Shown: positions 9,318 through 19,350 of the stretch, piece after piece
Position numbering within the stretch: position 1 is the stretch's first letter
Layout of the letters: each line of letters opens with the position of its first letter
Source of the DNA: Candidatus Woesebacteria bacterium RIFCSPHIGHO2_02_FULL_42_20
GTDB taxonomy: Bacteria > Patescibacteriota > Microgenomatia > UBA8517
Direction: 5' to 3'
DNA: 64,000 nt
NCBI GenBank assembly: GCA_001792535.1
Contig: MGGS01000002.1
Coordinates: 7,155 to 71,154 of the forward strand
Notes under the pieces: model-generated
The model's input: the letters and a program-made list of their open reading frames with translations, nothing else
What the model was told of the DNA's origin: nothing
The model's database searches: none
Made by a program: the position numbers and the translations under genes

Positions 9318-11242
9318 TGGGCAAGATAATTGGAATTGACTTGGGTACCACAAATAGTGTCGTTGCCGTTATGGAGGGTGGCCGGCCAAAAGTTATCCCC
9401 GCAGCCGATACTGGGCGGAATATTACACCGTCTGTGGTGGAGCCTGTCAAGAACTTGGTCGGGGACGTTGCCAAAAGGCAAATGATCCTAAACTCCAAAA
9501 ATACGATCTACTCTATTAAAAGGTTGATGGGAAGGCGCAAAACCGACGATGAAGTCAAGCGGACCGAAAAAATGGTTCCCTACTCGATTACTTCGGGTAA
9601 AGACAAGTCTGCGCAGGCAGGCAATATGGCAGCTGTGGAGGTTGAGGGAAAAACGTATACGCCGCAGGAAATCTCGGCGATGATCCTGGGTAAGCTCAAA
9701 AAAGACGCCGAAGCTTATCTTGGTGAAAAAGTGGAGCAGGCTGTGATTACAGTTCCGGCATATTTTGACGACAGCCAGCGTCAGGCGACTAAGCAAGCAG
9801 GAGAAATTGCGGGGCTAAAAGTTGAGCGGATAATAAACGAGCCGACTGCCGCGGCCCTGGCTTACGGCTTGGACAAAGGTAAATCTGAAAAAATTGCGGT
9901 CTATGACCTCGGTGGAGGGACATTTGATATCTCGATTTTGGAGCTTGGTGACGGCGTTTTTGAAGTCAAAGCAACAAATGGTGATACTCACCTGGGCGGT
10001 GACGACTTCGACGCGGTAGTTGTTGACTACATTGTGAGTGAATTTAAGAAAGAAAACTCAATGGACCTAACAGCTGATAAGCAGGCGTTGCAGCGAGTCC
10101 GGGACGCCGCCGAGAAGGCAAAAATAGAGCTTTCTGCGGCTTCGGAAGTCGAAATAAATCAGCCATATATTACCCAAAAAGACGGCAATCCACTTCATTT
10201 GACTATGAAGCTTACCCGGGCAAAACTTGAAAGTCTGGTCGAAGAGCTTGTAGAGAAAACTTTTAAGCCGGTCGAGGCGTGCCTTAAAGACGCCAAGCTC
10301 GACCCGCACGATGTTGACGAAGTGATCATGGTGGGGGGAATGACAAGGATGCCCAAGGTAATAGATAAGGTCAGGGAATATTTTGGCCGTGAAGCAAATA
10401 AGTCCGTCAATCCTGATGAGGTTGTGGCGGTGGGCGCGGCTATTCAAGCCGGGGTTTTGGCCGGTGACGTCAAAGACATTCTTCTGCTTGATGTTACTCC
10501 GTTGACTTTGGGTATAGAAACTCTGGGCGGTGTGGCTACACCGATGATAACAAGAAATACGACAATTCCGGCCTCAAAGACCGAGACCTTCTCAACGGCT
10601 GCAGATAATCAGACCCAAGTCGAGATTCACGTAACCCAGGGCGAGCGGCCGATGAGCGCCGACAATAAATCTTTGGGAAGGTTTATTCTTGATGGTATTC
10701 CGCCTGCTCCTCGTGGCGTGCCTCAAGTAGAAGTTGCTTTCGACATTGATGCTTCAGGGATACTCAAGGTTACAGCCAAAGACAAAGCAACAGGTAAAAG
10801 CCAGAATATAACTATCTCCGGCGCAGTTGGCCTTTCTGACGACGAGGTCAAAAGAATGCAGGAGGAAGCCGAGAAGCACAAAGAAGAGGACACTAAAAAG
10901 TCAGAATTGATAACTGCTCGAAATCAAGCCGATGCGATGGTTGCAACCGCCGAGAAAGCTCTCAAAGATGCCGGTGACAAAGTTGCCAAGGACATTAAAG
11001 AAAAAGTCGAGGAAAAGATAAAGGCAGTTAAGGAAGTAAAAGATTCCGATAAAAAAGACGAAATAGAAGCCAAAACTAAAGAGTTGTCCGAGACTTTGAG
11101 CCAAGTGGGGCAGGCAATGTATCAAAAACAAGATGACAAGAAACAGGAAACCAGTGAACAGTCAGGCGGTGATGAAGGGAAAAAGAAATCTCCAAAAGCC
11201 GGTGACAAAGCCGAAGCGGAAGAAGGCGAGGTTGTAGAATAG
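9317..11242 (+). CDS. dnaK: chaperone DnaK (Hsp70)
   Basis: 641 aa; [22 protein letters not shown], Hsp70 signatures throughout. Confidence 0.97.
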   Translation: MGKIIGIDLGTTNSVVAVMEGGRPKVIPAADTGRNITPSVVEPVKNLVGDVAKRQMILNSKNTIYSIKRLMGRRKTDDEVKRTEKMVPYSITSGKDKSAQAGNMAAVEVEGKTYTPQEISAMILGKLKKDAEAYLGEKVEQAVITVPAYFDDSQRQATKQAGEIAGLKVERIINEPTAAALAYGLDKGKSEKIAVYDLGGGTFDISILELGDGVFEVKATNGDTHLGGDDFDAVVVDYIVSEFKKENSMDLTADKQALQRVRDAAEKAKIELSAASEVEINQPYITQKDGNPLHLTMKLTRAKLESLVEELVEKTFKPVEACLKDAKLDPHDVDEVIMVGGMTRMPKVIDKVREYFGREANKSVNPDEVVAVGAAIQAGVLAGDVKDILLLDVTPLTLGIETLGGVATPMITRNTTIPASKTETFSTAADNQTQVEIHVTQGERPMSADNKSLGRFILDGIPPAPRGVPQVEVAFDIDASGILKVTAKDKATGKSQNITISGAVGLSDDEVKRMQEEAEKHKEEDTKKSELITARNQADAMVATAEKALKDAGDKVAKDIKEKVEEKIKAVKEVKDSDKKDEIEAKTKELSETLSQVGQAMYQKQDDKKQETSEQSGGDEGKKKSPKAGDKAEAEEGEVVE

Positions 11243-11243
11243 T

Positions 11244-12119
11244 GTGGCTGCGGCAAAGGCAGATTACTACAATATTCTGGGAGTTTCAAAAGGCGCGAGC
11301 GCTGACGAACTCAAAAAAGCTTACCGAAAGCAAGCTTTAGAGTGGCACCCTGACCGGCATAAAGACGATAAGGAAGCAGCAGAAAAGCGATTCAAAGAGA
11401 TAAACGAAGCTTACCAAGTGCTGTCTGATCCTAAAAAGAAACAGGCTTATGACCAGTTTGGTCACCAGGCTTTTACTCAGGGTGGGGGTTTTGGCGGAGG
11501 AAGCCCTTTTGGCCAAGCGGGCCAATACGGGCCGTTTACTTATACTTACACGACAAACGGCGGCGGGGGAAATCCGTTTGCCAGTTTTGATTTTGGCGAC
11601 CCTTTTGACATTTTCGAACAGTTTTTTGGGGGCGGCTCACCATTCCGCCGGGCTAGAGCCAAGCCACGTTACAGTATCTCGGTTGATTTTGAGGATGCCG
11701 TGAAGGGAGTCGCCAAAGAGGTTCAGATAGAGGGTAAAAAAAGAAAGATAAAAATTCCAGCCGGAGTCGATGACGGGTCCAGAATAGAATTTGACGACTT
11801 TATTCTGTCGATTAATGTACGGCCAGATCCCAGGTTTGAGCGCGATGGCGCGGATATTTATTTTAGAGAAAGTATTGGGTTTACAACCGCGGCTCTGGGC
11901 GGGGAGATAGAGGTGCCAACTGTTGACGATACCGTGAAGTTGCGAATCCGCCCCGGGACAAATTCGGGGACGATGATTCGGCTTCGCGGCAAAGGCATGC
12001 CACATCTTCGCGGAGGCGGCCGCGGCGACCAATATGTCAGGATTTCGGTTACGGTTCCCGAAAAACTTTCCCGAGAACAAAAAAATCTTTTGGAAGAACT
12101 TCGAGAAGAAGGGTTATAA
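11244..12119 (+). CDS. dnaJ: J-domain co-chaperone, DnaJ/CbpA-like (type II: J domain + G/F region + C-terminal domains, no CxxCxGxG zinc finger)
   Basis: 291 aa; GTG start overlapping dnaK TAG; [32 protein letters not shown] with HPD motif; Gly/Phe-rich region; no cysteine-repeat zinc finger. Confidence 0.85.
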   Translation: MAAAKADYYNILGVSKGASADELKKAYRKQALEWHPDRHKDDKEAAEKRFKEINEAYQVLSDPKKKQAYDQFGHQAFTQGGGFGGGSPFGQAGQYGPFTYTYTTNGGGGNPFASFDFGDPFDIFEQFFGGGSPFRRARAKPRYSISVDFEDAVKGVAKEVQIEGKKRKIKIPAGVDDGSRIEFDDFILSINVRPDPRFERDGADIYFRESIGFTTAALGGEIEVPTVDDTVKLRIRPGTNSGTMIRLRGKGMPHLRGGGRGDQYVRISVTVPEKLSREQKNLLEELREEGL

Positions 12120-12128
12120 TTTGACTCA

Positions 12129-12770
12129 ATGGACTATTCAAAAATAGGAAATTCTAAAGATTTTTTGAATTTTCTTAAATATCAATACACTCCAAAACCG
12201 GGAAAAGTTCAGATACTTAAATTACCAGAGAGACATTATTTAACTTTCGACGGCAAAGGTGAATCGAAAGCCCCGCCCTTTCAAGAAGCAATTCAATGTC
12301 TCTATGCAACTGCTTACACCTTAAAAATGGGTATGAAGTTCGGAAAATTGACAAAACCTGACGGCTATTTTGATTATAAAGTTCCGGCTCTGGAAGGACT
12401 ATGGTGGTTTAAAAAAGGGAAGTTTGTCATGGGTGCAAACCTCAAAAACATCTTTTGGAAACTTATCATAATGACTCCGGCTTTTATTACCAAAGACCTA
12501 GTTGATGCTGCCAAGAAACAGGCCAAAGAAAAAAAGCAAGAGTTACCGATAGAAAAAGTTAATTTTGAAACCTTTGACGCCAAAAAGGTTATTCAGACTT
12601 TACACATCGGTCCTTACAATAAAGAAGAGGCTGCCGTCAATTTACTTCATGAGTTCGCAAAAGAAAAAGGCTTTAAAATTGCAGGACGTCACCACGAAAT
12701 TTATATGTCCGATCCTCACAAGACTCCTGAATCAAAATTAAAAACGATAATCAGATATCAAGCAATTTAA
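12129..12770 (+). CDS. GyrI-like small-molecule-binding (AraC effector-domain-like) protein
   Basis: 213 aa; C-terminal pattern HIGPYNKEEAAVNLLHEFAKEKGFKIAGRHHEIYMSDPHKTPESKLKTII matches GyrI-like fold consensus (EIYlsDP...T pE.LkT). Confidence 0.6.
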   Translation: MDYSKIGNSKDFLNFLKYQYTPKPGKVQILKLPERHYLTFDGKGESKAPPFQEAIQCLYATAYTLKMGMKFGKLTKPDGYFDYKVPALEGLWWFKKGKFVMGANLKNIFWKLIIMTPAFITKDLVDAAKKQAKEKKQELPIEKVNFETFDAKKVIQTLHIGPYNKEEAAVNLLHEFAKEKGFKIAGRHHEIYMSDPHKTPESKLKTIIRYQAI

Positions 12771-12876
12771 TTTCCATTTTTTGAGGGTAATTACTATTAA
12801 TGGCATTTTTTGAAATAATGTAAGAAATAAAGATCATATTGATTTAATCCTAACTCAGGATAATCTAACTTTTGAT

Positions 12877-13713
12877 TTACACTACTCTCCAGTTTATTAT
12901 GCCTTTAATTGATCTTAACCAATCTTCAAGTTTACCCAAATCCGGTTTGTCAAAACTTTTGTTGTCGTTAATAAATTTAACTAATTTGTCATTTACTTTA
13001 CCTTCACGGTTGATTAGCAATTCCCCGGAATCTAATTGAGATAGCAAAGCCTCTGGTAAATCAAAAGTATCAGCAACATCTACTAAAGAAAATTTTCCTG
13101 TTTTAGGGTCATAAAAAATATTATCTGTGGAAAGAACTCCATAATTTAAGTCGGGTAAAAAATGATCTCTATTAAGTAAGTCAATGAGATCTTTTGCAAG
13201 AAGCTTCAGGTTGTTAATCGAACTAGGATTGTTATCCGAAAGTTGACTTAGAATTGACAATTCGTATTCCTGTTCTCCTAAAGCACTATTTGAATTTGGA
13301 AAAACTCTGCGAATTAGATCACCATCTGCTTCTTTTTGTATAAAAAAATGTTTATATGATCCATTATCTAAACTCACCGTACACACTTGCGTTGGAGGAA
13401 TATTAAAATGTTTGTACTGTTTCATATGTTGAAAACGATCCGAAATATATAAACCATATTCTTTAGTCGACTTTTCAGGAGGACGTTGATACCACGGTGC
13501 TGTTTCGGTAGGAAGAATTTTAAATCTGGGGTTATCTGGGTGAGATGTTGTCAGTTCTTGGGTATCTACAACCACCTTAACAAAATAGTTTCCTTCCAAT
13601 TTGGCATCATGTATTTTATATGTTTCACTGCGAGTTCCTGTATTAAATACCGGTTCAAGTTGACGAATATTTTGTATGATTATGTCGCCATACATTTGAA
13701 CGTGAGGTTCCAA
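12877..13713 (-). CDS. hypothetical protein (possible kinase-like fold), in an AT-rich segment
   Basis: 278-aa ORF; weak resemblance to APH/kinase C-lobe (FSLVDVADTFDLPEA); flanked by AT-rich intergenic DNA. Confidence 0.45.
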   Translation of the reverse strand: MEPHVQMYGDIIIQNIRQLEPVFNTGTRSETYKIHDAKLEGNYFVKVVVDTQELTTSHPDNPRFKILPTETAPWYQRPPEKSTKEYGLYISDRFQHMKQYKHFNIPPTQVCTVSLDNGSYKHFFIQKEADGDLIRRVFPNSNSALGEQEYELSILSQLSDNNPSSINNLKLLAKDLIDLLNRDHFLPDLNYGVLSTDNIFYDPKTGKFSLVDVADTFDLPEALLSQLDSGELLINREGKVNDKLVKFINDNKSFDKPDLGKLEDWLRSIKGIINWRVV

Positions 13714-13816
13714 AGTCGTTTAATCTGACAAGTCATCAATTGTCATAATCTAAACAATAAGTAATCGTTAATAGTTACAGATTTTTCCTTAAGTTAAATT
13801 GAAACATTAACAATTC

Positions 13817-16552
13817 TCACCCCATTTGCGGATAGTGGCACTTCTTCCATTTTTTGCCACTGCCGCACCAACAGGGGTTGTTGCGGCCAAGTTTGTGTTT
13901 AGTGATTGGTGGTTGGTGACTGGTGACAGGCGCTACTCTCTCAAATGCTGGTTCTCCGGCGGCTGCGGTGACGTCTGCTCCTCCAGCCAAACCCATCATG
14001 TCGCTTCGGTCGACATTTTCCCTTGCCTGCTCAAGCGGAATTTCCTGCTGGGGAGCGGCGACAAAAAGTCTGAAAACCCGCCTGGATAGTTCGTCATCAA
14101 TTCGGCCTAGCAACCCTTCGAAAAGTTCGTAAGCTTCATTTTTAAACTCTACCAACGGATCACGCTGACCATAAGCACGAAGATTAATACCTTCTCTAAG
14201 GTCATCTATCCTGTCTATATGCTCTATCCACATGTGGTCAATCGCACCCAAGTAAGCATATTTCTCTATTTGTCTCATGGCGGTATCGCCAACCTGTTTT
14301 TCGCGGGCTTCGTGGACGTCGTCAATCACCTTGAGCATAAACTCTCTGATCTGGTTGTGACTGCCTTGTTTTTGAATATTACTTTCAATTCTTTTTCGCG
14401 ACTCGTCGTCAAACGGCACAATTTCGGTGAGCATGATAACGGCTTTTTCATGATCAAAATTTCCACCCGTGTCACTTGAGGTTGCCGAAAGTATTTTCTC
14501 AACCTGGACACTAAGTTTATCCATGACTTCCTCGCCTACATTGTTTGTCTCTAATATTTTCCTGCGGAGTTTATAAATAATGTCCCGTTGCTGATTGGCA
14601 ACATCATCAAATTCTACCAAGCGCTTTCTGATGTCAAAGTGAAAACCTTCCACCTTTACCTGTGCCTGTTCAATGGCGCGACTGATTAGCCGATTTTCAA
14701 TCGGTTGATTTTCAGGGAGGTTTAGTCTATCCATGATCCCTTTGATCGCTTCACCACCGAATATTCTCATCAGGTCGTCCTCAAGAGACAGGTAAAAAAG
14801 TGACGATCCCGGGTCACCCTGTCGGCCGGAGCGGCCCCGAAGCTGATTATCAATTCTTCTCGATTCGTGCCGCTCGGTGCCAATTACATGCAGACCTCCT
14901 GCATTAATTACTTTCTCATGATCACTTTTCCACTTTTTATAGTCGCCAGTCGCCAGATAATCTTTTTGGTCAATTCCGCTTTCGCGCACAGGCATTGCTC
15001 CTCCCAAAACAATATCGACACCGCGCCCCGCCATATTTGTAGCTACAGTTACTGCCCCCGGATTGCCTGCCTGGGCAATTATTGACGCCTCCCTCTCGTG
15101 ATTTTTGGCATTAAGCATATTATGGGGAATCTTTTTCTTTTTTAAGTAACTGGCAATAATTTCATTTTTTTCAATCGAAGTTGTTCCGACCAACACGGGC
15201 TGACCTTCGTTGTGACGTTTCTGAATTTCTGCTACGATGGCTCCGTACTTCGCTCGAAGTGTTTTGTAAATAGTATCCTGCAAGTCAGAACGGACCATGG
15301 GTTTATTCGTCGGCAAAACAACTACATCCAGGTTGTAAATCTTTTTGAATTCATCTGCCTCTGTTGCTGCCGTTCCCGTCATCCCGGAAAGGTGGTCATA
15401 CATGCGAAAGTAATTCTGAAAAGAAATCGTCGCCAGGGTTTTACTCTCTCTTTGTATCGCAACCTCTTCTTTGGCCTCAACTGCCTGGTGGAGCCCGTCG
15501 CTCCAGCGGCGGCCAAACATCAATCTTCCTGTAAATTCGTCAACAATAGTAACTTGACCTTCTTTAACGATATAGTCTTTATCTCTAATATAGAGTGACC
15601 TTGCCCGAAGCGCGTTTTCAATATGATGAATCGACTCATAATCTTTTTCGTACAAATTATCCACGCCCAGCAACTTCTCCACCTTTGTTATGCCGTGCTC
15701 GGTCAAAGTCGCCGATCTGGATTTCTCGTCCACTTCATAATCGGTGTCTGAATTAAGCCCCTTTACAATATTGGCGAACTTAAAATATTTGTCCGTAGGA
15801 TCCGTATCCGGAGCCGAAATAATCAAAGGTGTTCTCGCCTCGTCAATTAATACCGAGTCCACTTCGTCGACAATTGCAAAATAGTGACTGCGTTGGACCA
15901 TTTGGTCAATCGAGGTCACCATGTTATCGCGAAGATAATCAAACCCAAATTCATTGTTTGTCCCATAGGTAACGTCTGCAGAGTACACTTGCTTCCTTTC
16001 GGCCGGCACTAGGTGTGCAAGCCGCTCATCGCCATGGCCCGGATCGTTGAACTTAGGATCGTATAGATAAGATTTGTTTTCCTGAATAATGACACCTGTG
16101 GTCAGCCCCAGGAGGTCAAATATCGGCGCATTCCACCCGGCGCCGATTCTTGCCAAGTAGTCGTTGACCGTCACCAAATGAACCCCTTTTCCGGTCAGGG
16201 CCCGTAGGTATAATGCGGGGACAGCCGATAATGTTTTCCCCTCACCGGTTTTCTGCTCGGCGACTTTCCCTTCGAACAAAGCAATTGAGGCCATTAGCTG
16301 AACGTCAAAAGGTCGTTGACCTAGAGTTCTTACCGCGGCCTCGCGGACTAAAGCAAAGCTATGGGCAAGAAGTGACTCAAGAGGTTCCCCGTCCTCGATT
16401 CTCTTTTTGAGCTCCTGGGTTTTCCGGGGAAAGTCCTTAACTCTAAATTTTTTATATTCAGGCTCGAGACCGTTGATTTGCTCAACAAGTTTGGAGAGCC
16501 TGCTTATTTCTTTCTGGTTTGTGTCCAGCAGCTTCGAAAAGAATTTGAGCAT
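13817..16552 (-). CDS. secA: preprotein translocase ATPase SecA
   Basis: 911 aa; DEAD-like motor signatures, LMASIALFEGKVAEQKTGEGKTL; C-terminal zinc-binding CWCGSGKKWKKCH; TGA stop. Confidence 0.95.
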   Translation of the reverse strand: MLKFFSKLLDTNQKEISRLSKLVEQINGLEPEYKKFRVKDFPRKTQELKKRIEDGEPLESLLAHSFALVREAAVRTLGQRPFDVQLMASIALFEGKVAEQKTGEGKTLSAVPALYLRALTGKGVHLVTVNDYLARIGAGWNAPIFDLLGLTTGVIIQENKSYLYDPKFNDPGHGDERLAHLVPAERKQVYSADVTYGTNNEFGFDYLRDNMVTSIDQMVQRSHYFAIVDEVDSVLIDEARTPLIISAPDTDPTDKYFKFANIVKGLNSDTDYEVDEKSRSATLTEHGITKVEKLLGVDNLYEKDYESIHHIENALRARSLYIRDKDYIVKEGQVTIVDEFTGRLMFGRRWSDGLHQAVEAKEEVAIQRESKTLATISFQNYFRMYDHLSGMTGTAATEADEFKKIYNLDVVVLPTNKPMVRSDLQDTIYKTLRAKYGAIVAEIQKRHNEGQPVLVGTTSIEKNEIIASYLKKKKIPHNMLNAKNHEREASIIAQAGNPGAVTVATNMAGRGVDIVLGGAMPVRESGIDQKDYLATGDYKKWKSDHEKVINAGGLHVIGTERHESRRIDNQLRGRSGRQGDPGSSLFYLSLEDDLMRIFGGEAIKGIMDRLNLPENQPIENRLISRAIEQAQVKVEGFHFDIRKRLVEFDDVANQQRDIIYKLRRKILETNNVGEEVMDKLSVQVEKILSATSSDTGGNFDHEKAVIMLTEIVPFDDESRKRIESNIQKQGSHNQIREFMLKVIDDVHEAREKQVGDTAMRQIEKYAYLGAIDHMWIEHIDRIDDLREGINLRAYGQRDPLVEFKNEAYELFEGLLGRIDDELSRRVFRLFVAAPQQEIPLEQARENVDRSDMMGLAGGADVTAAAGEPAFERVAPVTSHQPPITKHKLGRNNPCWCGSGKKWKKCHYPQMG

Positions 16553-16615
16553 CTTTATATATTACCTCAAATTGACTGTGAAGTCCCAATATATTACTAT
16601 TAATGAGATTAAAGG

Positions 16616-16855
16616 ATGCAGATTAAGTCAAAATTGGCTGCGTTTGCTGTGGTTATCTTCTGGTTATCGGTATTTGGGTTCTTAGCCTTTCACGATAGCC
16701 TTGAAAATTCCTGTCTGGAGGGAGAAACCAAAGCTTGCCTGCCGCCGGAATTTTTGCCAATTGTGATGGTCCTCATTTTTATTTCTTTCTTCTTTGTATT
16801 TTGGCTGTTTTTTTGGAAAGCGCGTGGGAATGCCTACCGACAAACATTATATTAG
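16616..16855 (+). CDS. possible small membrane protein (low confidence; overlaps 3' end of opposite-strand gene)
   Basis: 79 aa, two predicted TM helices; AAAGG abuts ATG. Confidence 0.25.
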   Translation: MQIKSKLAAFAVVIFWLSVFGFLAFHDSLENSCLEGETKACLPPEFLPIVMVLIFISFFFVFWLFFWKARGNAYRQTLY

Positions 16856-17486
16856 CTTCGGGATGAACAACTTGAACACTATCAAAAACCTTTTCAAGTT
16901 TTGTTAAAAATTTCATGGCTAAAGGTTTTTTTTCGCCATAATAAAGTCGATTAAAAATAGCGGTTCCTTTTGCTGACAAAACCTTTTTCACCAAGTTTAT
17001 AAACTTTGTAGTTTCAAATTTTTGAGGATAGTGGTCGCCGGTGTATAGATCAGTACAAACAAGGTCATAGTGACGGGTGACAGGTGACTGGTGACTCGTG
17101 AGAAATTCAAAAGCGTCATCAACAATTATATTTACGGCACAGTCTTCAAGTTTCAAATACTTCTTCCCAAGTCCTATCATAATCGGGTCGATATCTACCC
17201 CTGTGATTTTGGCGCGGGGAAAGTTTTTTCTGACCAATTTCGCAATTGTCCCCCCTCCCAATCCGAGGATCAGAACACTTTGGAAGTTTGGAAGTTTGGA
17301 AGTTTGGAGTTTTTTAAATGTGCTTTTCCACACCGCCTCTACAACTCCGCCGGACTGGGTGAGCCCCCCGGCTTGAATATGGGTTTTCCAGGCAAAGTCG
17401 TACTTAACTACAATATGCCCGTTAATCGGCGAGTCCGCCTCTTCCAAAATCCTCACCCCAGCCAAAAAATTCTGCAATTTCTCCAT
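16779..17486 (-). CDS. spermidine synthase-like class I SAM-dependent transferase (SpeE family-like)
   Basis: 235 aa; VLILGLGGGTIA (nucleotide-binding loop), KITGVDIDP, IIVDDAFEFL; contains in-frame 9-bp x3 tandem repeat. Confidence 0.6.
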   Translation of the reverse strand: MEKLQNFLAGVRILEEADSPINGHIVVKYDFAWKTHIQAGGLTQSGGVVEAVWKSTFKKLQTSKLPNFQSVLILGLGGGTIAKLVRKNFPRAKITGVDIDPIMIGLGKKYLKLEDCAVNIIVDDAFEFLTSHQSPVTRHYDLVCTDLYTGDHYPQKFETTKFINLVKKVLSAKGTAIFNRLYYGEKKPLAMKFLTKLEKVFDSVQVVHPEANIMFVGRHSHALSKKTAKIQRRKK

Positions 17487-17489
17487 CTA

Positions 17490-17927
17490 CTAATAATTAC
17501 CACCCTGAAAATACATTTTAGGAGTAATGACTTTTATCGGCTTAATAAATTTCTCAACTTTTTCATTCAAAAAGTGTTTTCTGTCCAATGTAAATAGACA
17601 ACCTGACTTTGATACTTTCGCTTGAGACAAAATAACTGCATCCTTTTTAACAATAACCATTTTTGCCTTTGAAATGTCTCTAACATTTGGTTCGATATCC
17701 AATATTATTAGTTTTTCAACTAGCCTGAAAAATCTACCAAGATGATAGCTTTCAAGTTTGTGTCTTACGTTTCTTTCAACTTCCGCCAGGACAACCTTCG
17801 AGGTGACTAACTTTAGTCCGCGGATTGTAAAAAGCTTCGATCACCCACCTGTTGGGGAATAGACAGCGGAAAATAGAACACTTGAATCAAGAAAAGCGAT
17901 TTTTAAAGCTCGTCTTCTTTTAGCCAT
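17490..17927 (-). pseudogene. PIN-domain (VapC-like) toxin gene interrupted by an in-frame TGA at codon 29
   Basis: ATG at 17927 overlaps antitoxin 3' end; MAKRRRALKIAFLDSSVLFSAVYSPTGG-TGA(17843-17841)-SKLF...CLFTLDRKHF; both halves are PIN-like (N-terminal FLDSSVL, C-terminal TLDRKHF) in the same frame. Confidence 0.55.
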
Positions 17928-18166
17928 TCTTTAATCTCGGAATTGGGAAAAATACGGGTATATTTGGAAAGCCTTGGGTCGATATAAGTTTTACCAAAAA
18001 CTTTTGCCACAGCCTTTCGCAGTCTGTCCAAATAATTTATGTCAACAATGGCAGCTTTAGCATTGCCTCCCTTTGTCAATATAAAATATTTCTCGCCCGA
18101 GACTTTCTCTGCTAATTCCCCCAGTATGCTTCTTGCCTTGGTGACAGGAATGATATTCATAACCAA
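17903..18166 (-). CDS. Phd/YefM-family antitoxin
   Basis: 87 aa; IPVTKARSILGELAEKVSGEKYFILTKGGNAKAAIVD matches Phd/YefM N-terminal fold; a PIN ORF follows with overlap. Confidence 0.7.
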   Translation of the reverse strand: MVMNIIPVTKARSILGELAEKVSGEKYFILTKGGNAKAAIVDINYLDRLRKAVAKVFGKTYIDPRLSKYTRIFPNSEIKEWLKEDEL

Positions 18167-18246
18167 ACTTTAACAATATAAATGTACAATGTCAATAATA
18201 GCGTAACAAAAAATGTACATGTTATAATACCACCCATAAATCAAAA

Positions 18247-19284
18247 ATGTCAGTTACCGAAACCGAACAGCAAATTTGGGGCAGATTACTTACTGTTAGT
18301 CCACGAGGATTTCTACAATGGAAAGAAGACATTTATCCAGGATTTGATGCGAGAAACGTCCCGGAAAGATTTGTTTATTTGACTGGTGGTCTAGCTGCAT
18401 TTGATGAGTACGAATTTGACTTTGCGCCTGCAAAATTAAAGCATGAAGGCCAAAACGAATTCACCACTAAAGAAAAAGAAACAGATATTAGAGGACTTTT
18501 TAGAACTTTGGATTTGTTTCAAATAGAATTTACAGAACCTAGAGAAATTTTATTAGTCGGGTCGTACAACCAGGACGGGTTGTTTTTGACTATCGGATTG
18601 TGCAAAAAAAAAGGGTGGAACGGGTCCCACATAACGCTAGTTGATCAATCAGATACTGTTTTGTCGCTACTAAGTGTAATGGGGGAAAATGGTTACTACG
18701 ACTGGCAAGCTGGAGTAACCCTCATAAAATCGGATATTACTGATTACAAACCTAAAGTTCAACCCGATATTGTTTTCGGAGATATATTGAATACCTGGAT
18801 GACTAGAGAATATAGCTGTCCAAGTTCAGCATCGGCAAAGTCACCATATAATGATTTCGAAGCATACCTAAGATATACAGCAACTAACATCAAACCCAAC
18901 GGATGGTTTTTCTCCAGATGTATGATTTTTCCAGACGATCAACAAAGTTTTGCTGCAAATAGACGGTCAACTTCTAATGTTGGTAATAGAGTCGACACTG
19001 TTTTAAATCGAATCGGAACACATTTTGAAGAGGTCGACAAACAGGCTCTCTCTGAAAACCTTGATGAGTTGTTTATTAACACACACACCACATCTTATTG
19101 TGGATTATCTTTGCTTCGACCACTTTATAAACCTTTTTCGACTCTAACCGGCCCGCATGCTGAGGAGGTATTTATCAGATTACATAATCGCAATTTCAAC
19201 GTAGTTCACAGAATAAAAGTTACACATCCCGAATCCGGCTTTGTTTTTCTAAACTTTGCTTGCCAGGGGAGAAAAACCCCTTAA
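18247..19284 (+). CDS. hypothetical protein (possible Rossmann-fold methyltransferase-like)
   Basis: 345-aa ORF; TATAAT ~18224-18229 upstream; no family recognised with confidence. Confidence 0.5.
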   Translation: MSVTETEQQIWGRLLTVSPRGFLQWKEDIYPGFDARNVPERFVYLTGGLAAFDEYEFDFAPAKLKHEGQNEFTTKEKETDIRGLFRTLDLFQIEFTEPREILLVGSYNQDGLFLTIGLCKKKGWNGSHITLVDQSDTVLSLLSVMGENGYYDWQAGVTLIKSDITDYKPKVQPDIVFGDILNTWMTREYSCPSSASAKSPYNDFEAYLRYTATNIKPNGWFFSRCMIFPDDQQSFAANRRSTSNVGNRVDTVLNRIGTHFEEVDKQALSENLDELFINTHTTSYCGLSLLRPLYKPFSTLTGPHAEEVFIRLHNRNFNVVHRIKVTHPESGFVFLNFACQGRKTP

Positions 19285-19350
19285 TACAAAAATTGTCCCT
19301 TTACTTCGCATTTTGTTCGCCTACTGTGCAGGTAAAGTTTATAATAAAGT

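Noticed and set aside
13905-17105. Shared 13-mer GGTGACTGGTGAC in secA 3' end and the SpeE-like gene, each within a local GTGAC-rich tract
   Set aside because: 13-mer coincidences are expected by chance in 64 kb (tens of pairs); no extended similarity
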